Assembly (NCBI GenBank): GCA_003344405.1
Contig: NOWV01000150.1
Coordinates: 124,001 to 187,199 of the forward strand
Length of the DNA: 63,199 bases
Direction: 5' to 3'
Origin: Trichoplax sp. H2
Taxonomy: Eukaryota
This document shows positions 12,887 to 24,300 of the stretch, in pieces (position 1 is the first letter of the stretch; each line of letters begins with the position of its first letter). A program made the translations under genes and the position numbers. The notes under the pieces are model-generated. The model searched no databases. It saw nothing but the letters and a program-made list of their open reading frames with translations, and had not been told where the DNA came from.

Positions 12887-15800
12887 CTATTTTAGATTAG
12901 TACCGACCTACACCTCTTTATAAAACGTTTACGTTTAAAATTTGATCTTCCGATAGTTTGCAATTTTAAGGCAATTATCTTGGACTTTACACGGGGATGA
13001 TAAAATAGATGAAAATTGGCTGCAGTCTTAACAATTATTCTAAAATGTGCTCCACGTAACGAATTTTGGGGTTTAAATAGATAAATTATAGTTTTCTTTA
13101 TGATACTGTTTTTTTGTGCACGGTATTCTTCACAAATTTAGAATTAAAAGGATGATACTCTGATACCGTAATGCTTTCTTACATGATAATTATTATCTAT
13201 ATTTACTACTAAATTTTATTTCACGCAATATCTATGTGTTAAAGTTCTATTAAACAATTATCTCAGATTACAGCATTATTGATGGAGCTCAATGGATTGA
13301 AATTTAGCCAGATGATAGATTTCAGATATATACTAGCGTCCATCGGGATTCGTAGTCTGGTAGGGTTATGAGTTATCAATTCCCTGAAGTTTAATTAAAT
13401 GTTAGATATTTTCTCTTACGTTATAGTATCTTTGCAACTAGAGCAACTGAATCGAGATAAAACTCTTGTCTACACAATTTCATATATTGAAAATGTAGGA
13501 TTTCAGTTCGTATCAACTAAGTGAAGAACAATAATCCGTTCCTATTTAGTAGTTAAGTTTAGAATGATTTATCAAAAAAACTGAGTTTTTTTGTTAGCTT
13601 TAGAGTTAAAAAAAACGGCATATGCCGTAACAAAATTGTACTCTTAATATTTAAAACTGATATTCAAAGTAGAATTTTTAACGACCTTTTTGAAAATAGA
13701 ATATCGTTCTTTTATTTAAATAGACTTACTATGATTGCTGTAATCAGTAATTGATTTACCACCTTCGCCATTCCTAGGTTGCGATCATAATCTATCTTTT
13801 GACGTGTCTGAAGTTAAAGGTGAATTTAGTTTTCGCTAACCTTCTCTTGTAGTTAATCTGAGGCTTCAAGTATACCAATAATTCTCTCAGTCCTTGCCCG
13901 CTGGTTTCTCAGTAGAATTAATTTTCACTTCGAGGCTCATTATATCAGCAATTATTGTCTTAGTAGATTACGTTAGCTTGCACTATAATAACTAGTTGAA
14001 TTGTTATAGATATTACATTGTTCTGCTTAGATTTTACAGTCATAGTTATTTAACTGTATAATATTCATGATGGGCAGCTAGGTGCCGCAAGAAAGAAAGC
14101 ATCGAGGTCAGGCTCTATACGGAGCTCGATTTAGTCTTACGAAAATTAAGATAAATTAAGCCTTATTAATTATAAAATCAGGATCTCTGCGTTATTTATG
14201 GCAACTAAACTTCAGAGCTAAATAGCTTATGACTAACATGTACTCTTACAATTTTGTGTCTGCTTTTATAGAGATGATATAAGTAAGTTTACTGTTGTGT
14301 ATCATGTTATCATATCGCTTGAACTAGCGATTGTTAAAATATTTGTTGCGCTACCCTATTTGTTTTCTGACAATGTTAACGAAAATTTCATGTCTGGCGA
14401 CGCTTTCTTCGACAAATTCTAAAAGTTGCCTATAGCAATATGGTTTTGGACGACTTTTATATAAGTATGTTGGCAGCTATGAGGATCATCAGGTTGATTT
14501 TATGAACATATTGTTAGTCTAGACTTATTTTAACTATTTCATACTTCCTGTTCACAATAGTTACAATAATAAACGTATGTATTGAATGCAATCCTTAAAC
14601 AATGGCCAAGGTCACGAAACTGAGTCTAATATTGTGCCTCAAAGTAGGCGGTCTTACCATTACTAACAATAAAAATATAATGAGTATTAATTTCTATTAG
14701 TGATGGTGATAGTAGTAATTATAAATTGATAAAAATGATCAAATGATTTAAGACTTTACTTAACTCGAATTACGTTTTATTTTATAAAAGAAGCAATCTC
14801 AGTAGTTAAGTTTGACTACAATGCATAAGCGAAGAATATTGTTTTACGAGTATGTAGGCATACTGAAAAAAAGAAGTAGAGCAATATTGAGGTCTAATTG
14901 ATCATTTCGGTATGATCTTATACAGCAGTTTATGATAACGCACATCATCATTTTATGAACGTGTACGGGAAGAATATGAGTAATATATATCACAGCAGCC
15001 AATGCCACTTCTATGCATACACACTTTGATTTAATGTTTATATTCCAATATTTTATTTACTTATATTCGAAAGAGAGAGAGCAAATAACTTATTGAAATC
15101 TATGGGCCTAGCGGTATTTATACAGCTTAATACGACTATCATTAAACCCCTCGTTCTATGAAAGGGCGCGTGGGATAGATAAATATAGCACGGTACTTGC
15201 AGTGCTATATATTTTGAAGGAAGAGGATACGGTGAAGTTGGTGACACTTTTTAACTAGATAGCATACCATACTTGGCTATTTTATGTACTCTACGTCTAT
15301 TACAAGAAAGGCAAATTAAGTGATTAATGATGTTTCTATTTAAGCAGTTCGAGTCAACAATATGCATATTCTACTCATTTAGAAAAACAAATTTATCACA
15401 AAATTTTAGCTTTGCTTCGGTTGATTTAAGATATATTTGATACATCGTGGTTTTGGACTACCGATATGTTAGATAATTCGAAATTTTTCTGGCGTTAAAA
15501 CATTCCTGTGAAAATTGCTATTTGATTTGGTGACGATCGTTAGCAAATGTCTTGAAATTTGAACCATTGCTATTAAATACTCGGCAATGTTTCAATTAGA
15601 TTGACAGATACATACCGGTAGCATCTTACTGGTATTTTCGTAGTTATTATTAATAAATGAATAGATACTGACAAAAAATTAGAAATTAAGTCTAAATTAA
15701 TGACAGTGTCCTTAGCTGCATAAACTGTAATCATTAATTAGTTGACGATACATGTTATCTTCCAGTACTATGACAAGTATTTAAAGTAGAAACAAGTTTT

Positions 15801-16752
15801 ACGCCGAGAACCTTCAAAATGCAGAGGATTATATCCCTTTATAATGGCTATAGTTCATGTAGCTGTTTAGCAATTAACTTTCGCAAAATAAAGCGCCAAT
15901 ATTATATGCATAAGATACAATGCATCACTTAATATTTTTGTGTTCTGCAGCCCTAACTCTAATAATCTGACTATTTCCAAGCTGGATAAAGTCATACACT
16001 CACGAATGTGTTACATTCTATAAACACTATCGGCATATGTTATTATTATAGGACTATATTGCGCTTACAGGTGTTTATTGATCGAACGGAAATTAATTCC
16101 TTACTCCATAATAGAGTAAACAGTAACTTGCCAGGTTACAATAATGGCATATGCCGAGTGACACGTAATATAGTTTATAGGGAAGCTTTACATTGAATTA
16201 GTGATTATAATACTATACTTAGGATAAAGCGTCTAGGCAAATATCATTTATATAACACATTTTGCAGCCACAAAAATGTAATGCTTTAATTCCGAACGTA
16301 AAGTAAATAAATTTTATTGCATTATGAATTTGTGATATGTAAAGGAGTAATTGCCATATTACTTTTATTGTTCCTTTGCAATACATCAATAATATTCTAA
16401 TCAGCATTATAGAGTAATCGGATGTTAATGAAATGTTGTCAAATTATGCAAAGTAAACTTGCAAATGAGTGTTCAATCATAATATTACTACTCAGCAATG
16501 GTTAATATAATTTTAATCTGTCCAGTAGCATTATTCTTCACATTAGGATATGTAGAGCAGATATTATAATTGCCGAATTATTATCAAAGACTGTAATAAG
16601 GTTTCATCCGTGAATGCATTATTGAAAAGTAGTATTCTAGAAGCATAGTTGTGAATATACTGTAGTGCCCGGCTATTACCGGGATATATATAATGTCGAA
16701 TGTTGATACTAACTATTAATTATTAACAAATGGGTACGTTATCAAATGCCCG

Positions 16753-16942
16753 TAGACCTTGTCAGAGGTTCGGTTCGGTTCAGAACGAACCGATGTATGT
16801 CGACGTGAACTGTGGTTCGTCGGTTCGGTTCTACTACAATTAACAGTACTGTACTGTAGTAAAAGTACTGTACAGTACAGTACTTTTATACAGCGTACAG
16901 TACTGTACACGGTAAAAAGTTACTGAACCTCTGACAGGTCTA
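16753..16942. mobile_element. 190-bp MITE with ~19-bp terminal inverted repeats (hAT-like ends)
   Basis: Left end TAGACCTTGTCAGAGGTTC; right end GAACCTCTGACAGGTCTA is its reverse complement with a 1-nt indel. Subterminal GGTTC repeats and an internal TACAG/CTGTA palindromic core are present. No clean adjacent TSD (tcaaatgc..ccg versus tcaaatgg). Confidence 0.75.
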
Positions 16943-16985
16943 TCAAATGGTAATACTATCTGTTAAATGAGCACATTATCGTAAA

Positions 16986-17016
16986 CCGTCAGCAAAGCGA
17001 CGGGAGTTTGCACTAG
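16986..17016 (+). mobile_element. Helitron-type 3' terminus (hairpin + CTAG)
   Basis: The hairpin CCGTC-agcaaagc-GACGG is followed 9 nt later by CTAG and then T, the canonical rolling-circle 3' signature. Confidence 0.55.
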
Positions 17017-17135
17017 TATCTTTTATGTGAATGTTTTAAATGTTATTATGACAAGTAAATGTAATTACCAAATTTATACCAATTCAAATCCTCGAACTAA
17101 TTAAGTAATTTAACAAAACAACTTGTGATTCCTGC

Positions 17136-17690
17136 TTAGGGCATGGTGGTAGAGATATTATGAATTCAGCTCTTAGGAAGAAGCTTGTTAACATTACTCG
17201 GCAACAAATAGAATTGTATCTATCACTATGTGAGAGTTGTTGCCAGAAGAAAAGGAAGATCAGAATATCGGTTGTAGTGAAGCCCATCGTTTCTAATAAT
17301 TTAAATTCTCGGTGCCAGGCAAGAGCACATCTTTTAGATATAATTATAATTATATCAATTATATGTTAAAAAATTAAGGAAAAGCAATATCTGAAATTTT
17401 TATTCATAAACTTAAGTCACTCTATTTTAAAGCAACAATTTTCAATTTAAAATATACGTTTTCATCGTTATCATGCTTATATGCTTCTTTAAAAAAACAC
17501 TTTTATATGCTAAGATACTTTACGTGCTTCCAAATAATTTCTTTGTTAATTTATAATCTTTTTTTATAGATTGATTTGATTGATATGCAAACACAAGCAG
17601 ACCATGGATATAAGTTCATCCTAAATTATCAGGATAATTTAACAAAGTTTTGTGTCTTACGGCCTTTGAAATCTAAGAGAGCAGAGGATA
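17136..17690 (+). pseudogene. KRBA2/SCAND3-like (Ginger-type) integrase/transposase fragment with one intron
   Basis: Exon 17136-17318 reads LGHGGRDIM...YLSLCESCCQKK...VVVKPIVSNNLNSRCQ. It joins across intron 17319-17569 (GC...AG) to IDLIDMQTQADHGYKFILNYQDNLTKFCVLRPLKSKRAE. This is an HHCC zinc region plus the first DDE aspartate; homology then stops. Confidence 0.8.
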
Positions 17691-18318
17691 AGCTAAGCAC
17701 GAGAAAGAGGGTTAGCGGAGAGTTATTATTTAGATCTGATCTTATTAATCGTTGGTAACATATCACTATTAAATTAGTTGTTGTTCAGCTACTCGTTGAT
17801 AATTTCTATTTTCTAACTGATGAATTGAATATGTAGCTAGATCTAAAGTCTGCTTTTATTATTATTAATCAGTACTACATCCCAACACCGTATTTAGTAA
17901 TACATCGCACTATTATGCATCATAATCTAGTAAATATAATATAATAAATTATAAATGTTACGTATACACTGCAAAACTGGAGGACGTAACAATAACAGTG
18001 ATGAAACTAGTTTAGTTGAAGAGTTATCAGCTTTTACAGCTTATCCATTTCTTTGATCATTACTTATCGCAAATTATAGAAACTGTAAAGAAGAACTAGC
18101 ATATTGCTAGCGATTTATAGTTACTACTAAAATTGTTGACCAAAATGCCTCAACTGGATGAAATTATTTTGAAACTTAAGATTGAATTAAATTAAGCTAT
18201 ACGAGTATGTATTTTAGGAAAGATAGTTATAAAATGGTAACCGAACTTACTCATTAAGTAAATAAACAAATTGTTACATAATAGTAAAATTTTAACGATG
18301 ATAATTTTGGAATGGCTA

Positions 18319-21300
18319 TTAATTAGTTATTGAAGAATTATTTGCATGGGTGCTCTCGCCTTGCTTAAAGTATGTAATAACTTTATCGCTAACGCCGCAA
18401 TTCATAATATTATCTACTCGTAATGACTTCAGTCCAACTTCAACGTAGTTATTGGAACTCACTGGCAGTGGCTGACTATCTATGAAGGAGATATTTACTT
18501 GATTGTGTGTTTTCTTCTTAAATTGTTCGTTCTGCATGTAACCTAAAAGAAGTAAAGCTGCGAAGATGATTACTACACCAATAGACCCCACAGCGATACC
18601 AATAACTGCTCCCTGAGGAAGTCCAGTATTAATATGAATATCACATCTTGTCCCAGTATAAGCCTTATCGCAAGTACACGAAAGTTGATTGTTTTTGTAC
18701 ATACAGGTTCCGCCATTTTGACAATAATCTACGTTACACGCTATACTACAGCCTGTAACTGAATATGGATCGCCTTGATATCCTACTTGACAAGTACATG
18801 TATAAGATCCTGCTGTATTCGAACATATAGTGTTATTTCTACATCGTCGTGATATAGTACATTCATCAATGTCGACACAACTAGAACCGGTATAACCTGT
18901 CTTACATTGACAAGTATAGGTACCAGGTAAATTAATACACTTTTGGTTATTATTACATGTGTTATCTGTTGCTCTAGCGCACTCATTGAAATCAGTAACT
19001 GTTACATTTTGTATCGATTGTCCTTGGATAGTTAAATTGCTAGTAGAGAGGACATTAATTAACTCGCTTTCATTAATATTAGAGTTTTGTTTAAAAACTG
19101 TATAATATTGTGTAATGATACTACCTACTTTGAAACCTGTAACAACTACACGTTCAAAGCTATTTTTCGTAGTAGAAGATGAATTAAGTGTTATTGTGAG
19201 AGCAGTTACGACTTTTTGTTTAAGTGTTTGATATGTCGTCGTGTTAGGATTATTTAGTTGTTGATCGAAAGTACCGGCGAGTTTAAGACTACCGTTAAAG
19301 ATATCTCCACGTTGACAATGAGTATCTGATTGAAGTCGTGTTTCAGATAATACACTATTAGAATAATATCCGATCTTACAGCTGCAATAGTAGTTATTAT
19401 TATATATGAGACAGCTTGCTTTGGTATCGCAGTTATTATTTCCATAGCAGGTAACAATCGGAGTACAAGAGATACCATTTCCGTAATAGCCAGATTTACA
19501 ACGACAACGGAATGATCCAAGAGTATTAATACATTGAGCGTTAGTGTGACAGTTATCTAGATTATATGAACATTCGTCTATATCTGTACAAGATATTAAT
19601 CCGTTTCCAGAGAATCCAGTATTACATAGGCAGTCGTACGATCCGTTCGTATTAACGCAGTTCGAGTTATTACTACACATGTTAAGGTTATTAGTAATAC
19701 ATTCATCGATATCTTGACAAGTGATGCCGTTACCTTTGTAACCGTTATTACAAGTACACATATACGATCCAATAGTGTTATTACAGTTTGCGTAGATAGA
19801 ACAGCTGTAAGTTTCTGATGTACACTCGTTAATATCGTTGCAAGATATTCCGTTACCCGAAAATCCTATGTTGCATTGACAAGTATAAGATCCAATCGTG
19901 TTATTACAATAAGCGTGGATTGAACATCGATGTACTTCTGATAGACATTCATCGACATCGTTACACGTTCTACCATCGCCTACGTATCCGTTATTACATT
20001 GGCACGTATAAGATCCGACTGAATTAATACATTGAGCGTTAGTGTGACAGTTATCTAGATTATTTGAACATTCGTCTATATCTGTACAAGATATTAATCC
20101 GTTTCCAGAGAATCCAGTATTACATAGACAGTCGTACGATCCGTTCGTATTAACGCAGCTCGAGTTATTACTACACACATTCAGGTTATTAGTAATACAT
20201 TCGTCGATATCTTGACAAGTGATGCCGTTACCTTTGTAACCGTTATTACAAGTACACATATACGATCCAATAGTGTTATTACAGTTTGCGTAGATAGAAC
20301 AGCTGTAAGTTTCTGTTGTACACTCGTTAATATCGTTGCAAGATATTCCGTTACCCGAAAATCCTGTGTTGCATTGACAAGTATAAGATCCGATCGTGTT
20401 ATTACAATAAGCGTGGATTGAACATCGATGTACTTCTGATAGACATTCATCGACATCGTTACACGTTCTACCATCGCCTACATATCCGTTATTACATTGG
20501 CACGTATAAGATCCGGCTGTATTATTACAATTAGCGTTAGAATCGCATTGATTTGTTGTAGAGCATTCGTTGACGTCTTGGCATGTAAATCCGTTTCCAG
20601 AATAACCAATACGACATATACAAGTATAAGACCCATTATTGTTATAGCAATCCGCATTAACGGAACATGAATGAGTTCCTGATGAGCATTCGTTATTATC
20701 TGTACATGTAATTCCATCGCCTGTGTATCCTTGCGTACAATGACACGTGTATGAGCCGTTAGTATTTATACAGTTAGCATTATTACTACATTGTTTGATC
20801 GATAAACATTCATTAATATCAATACATGTAAATCCGTTTCCGCTATATCCTGTCTTGCATGTACATCGATATGATCCGTGATTATTAATACAATCGGCGT
20901 TAATAGAACAAACATGACTGCCCGATGAGCATTCATTGTTATCAGTACATATTGTTCCATTACCTGTATAACCTTGTTTACATTGACATGTATATGAACC
21001 ATCAGTATTTATGCAATTAGCGTTATTATTGCAATAACTACTTATTGAACATTCGTTAATATCTTGACATGTAGACCCATTACCAGTATAGCCCGTCTTG
21101 CATGTACAAGAATATGAACCGTTGTTATTGTAGCAATTAGCATCACTAGAGCAGGTATGATTACCTACTGAGCATTCATTGATATCTATGCAAGTTGTTC
21201 CATTACCCGTATAGCCTGTCTTACACTGGCAAGAGTATACTCCAAGCGAATTGACACAATCTGCATGAGAATTATCGTAAAAATTTGAGTATGAGAAAGT

Positions 21301-24300
21301 ATCCCAATAGTGTATAAAAGTATACATGACGGAACAATTTTAATTTAATTAATCAAATAGTGAATTTATATTCACTAATAGATTCACACTAGTTATACTT
21401 GGCGTATTGTTATTACTTTAATACTCTTGATAACCGTAATAAATAAGCGCATGGCAGACAGTTATTTATTAACTTAATACTGCATTTATAAGTTGGTTCG
21501 TCTGGAATGAAGAAATAGTCTTAAATGCAAGAATAGCAGTTTATTGAGATCATAACTACGTACTCAAATAGAAATTTCTTAAATTTGCAATACTCCGTAA
21601 GTTATGAATTATTTACTGTAATTACCCTCCTAAAGTTGTANNNNNNNNNNNNNNNNNNNNTCTTGCATGTACAAGAATATGAACCGTTGTTATTGTAGCA
21701 ATTAGCATCACTAGAGCAGGTATGATTACCTACTGAGCATTCATTGATATCTATGCAAGTTGTTCCATTACCCGTATAGCCTGTCTTACACTGGCAAGAG
21801 TATACTCCAAGCGAATTGACACAATCTGCATGAGAATTATCGTGAAAATTTGAGTATAAGAAAGTATCCTAATAACGTATAAAGTATACATGACGGAACA
21901 ATTTTAATTTAATTAATCAAATAGTGAATTTATATTCACTAATAGATTCACACTCGTTATACTTGACGTATTGCTATTATTGTAATTTTCTTGATAATTG
22001 TTTAACATTATATTTAGTAGATATATTTGTAGAAATATTGTGATTGTTGTTAACGTGATGAAGGAAAGTATAAATGTAAAATTTCAGTAGACATTAGTTA
22101 GACTGTTCTGAACAGACCCACACGATAAGTTATACCAGCGTCTTCGGAATGGTAATAGTTATGAACCCCAACTGCTATGGGGACAATCTATTAGATAGAT
22201 TTCGCCGTCTCTACAGTGCAGGTTATCTAGCCATATAGAGCCAGTGCCAGAACCGTAAAGTATACTATGATTGGACGCTCATGAATTGAAATCTAATTGT
22301 CTACACTACATCGGCGTCAGTTATACTAAATGCATCGTCACATCCTGTGCCCCATATATTATTATGATAGATTTCTATCCGTCCAGAGCTAACGGATTGA
22401 CCACCGACAAGGCGTATTTCATCTGTACAAACTTTTTATCAATTATTAAACAGAATTTGAGTATTCAACGAGTTATCTCACTATAAATTACAGCTATTTT
22501 TCCTGTGAAAGTTTGATTATGACGTGCAATACACATATATGGACGCTGTTATCATATTGATTATTTAGGATGGTATAATTTCAAACCTTTAATTGGCGAA
22601 GCTAGGGTTCTATCTACTTCTCTAATTAAAACGAGCATGAAGAACTACACATATATCAAGAATTACAAATAAACTTCCCAGCTGCTGAGTATCAATCAAT
22701 ACGATATTTGTGATGATACAGAGTGATCTATGACGTCAGTAATACTACGATTTCTTGTACTATTCTCAATAAGAGTATCAATTGAATCACAGCGACACTA
22801 TATTTCGAATGTGATCATTTCGTACCGAATAGTATACGCTCACGCCAATATTATTCAATAAGTATGTATATTATCTACAGTAACGAATGAGAGCATAGCA
22901 GACAGTTATTAACTTGCTGCTGTATTTAGAAGTCGATTCATCTGGAATAAAGAAATAATCTTATACTGTATGTAAGAATAGCAGTTTACTGAAACCTTAA
23001 CTATGAATGCAAACAGAAATTTCTCAAATTTGCATTACTTTCTGAGTTATTAACTATTTACTGTAATTGCTCTATCAAAGTCGTGATGTACGATGTATTC
23101 TAGAGTTTAATGCGGTAAACATCATAAATACTATAATTCTGTCAATAGTAAAATGACAACGACTTTTTAGCTACGATACTTTGAGTGTACATACAAAATC
23201 GGTTAAATAAAGAATTTATAAGCTGGCTTTAAATAAGAAACTGTCTCCGTCGCCAAACTATATTTTTATACTTCGTAGTGTTGTAATAAATTGTTGTAGT
23301 TAATGTACTTGTCAGTGCTGGAAGCTTACTTGTGTTAAGTCAGGTCAGCTTACACATAATCTATTGTACAGTAACTACATCTAATCTTACACGATGCATG
23401 CAATATGTAATCAAAATTCTATTTAAAAGCTAGAATGCCTTGTGTTAAATATCTGATAGCTACTTAATCTTTTATCAATGCATCGAATCCTATATCACAA
23501 TTGTAAAACTTATTTGTATGAAATAATGTGATAAAAGGTTTAATCAGGTATTATCGTGTTCTGAAAGGAACTACAATATATATGGTGTGTTTATATAGTC
23601 TAGATACACATAGAAGCAGCTACTACTATCACTGGCTTACTACAACGTCCTGGTAGCGCAGCAATATCATCAATAGCCATGTCTCCTGTCCAACTGCTAC
23701 CTTGAACTCCTACAAATCTAATCTAGAGATTCGTGGCGACAATGATAATATTAAAGGTAGTTAACCCAATATATTTATAACAATACAGCTTTATTGCGTA
23801 GTAGTTTATATAATATTATAAGATATGGTGAGTATTCTTTTACTAATTCAAAAATAGTGAGTAGAGAGCTATCATATTTCGCTGTACCTTATGGATACCA
23901 GAAGGGATATTTAGTTGAACCAGATACCAAACGTCTCCACTATTGCCAGAAGTATTATATATTCTTTTAGAAAGATCATCAACAATGAGAGGACCAATTG
24001 TTATTCCATTCCGGTTATACCAAAAAGAGAGGCAAAAGACGCTATCTGAATAGATTACAGGACTTTCAATGATAAATTTAGTTCCTTTAGGCATATCGGA
24101 TGCTTCTGTATGAATGTAATAGCCTATAGACAGAGAAATAGTCACTATAGCATTGTCTGTAAATGGTAAATGATTCGTTAATAATTGCCGTTTAATGCTA
24201 AAATTAGGTAGGAGATGCAGATATATCTCTTTGCTCTAATTTTTTGCAAGTATGCACACTCTAAATTAAATGAGACTATTATAATTTCAATGTTTATGCA

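Noticed and set aside
12900-16650. Search for RNA genes or further exons in the long A-B spacer (and 49300-51300)
   Set aside because: No tRNA/rRNA-like structure or convincing coding signal could be recognised by eye.
19524-21270. Regularly spaced repeats that might be taken for a CRISPR array
   Set aside because: They are coding cbEGF repeats in a spliced eukaryotic gene; there is no constant repeat with unique spacers and no cas genes.
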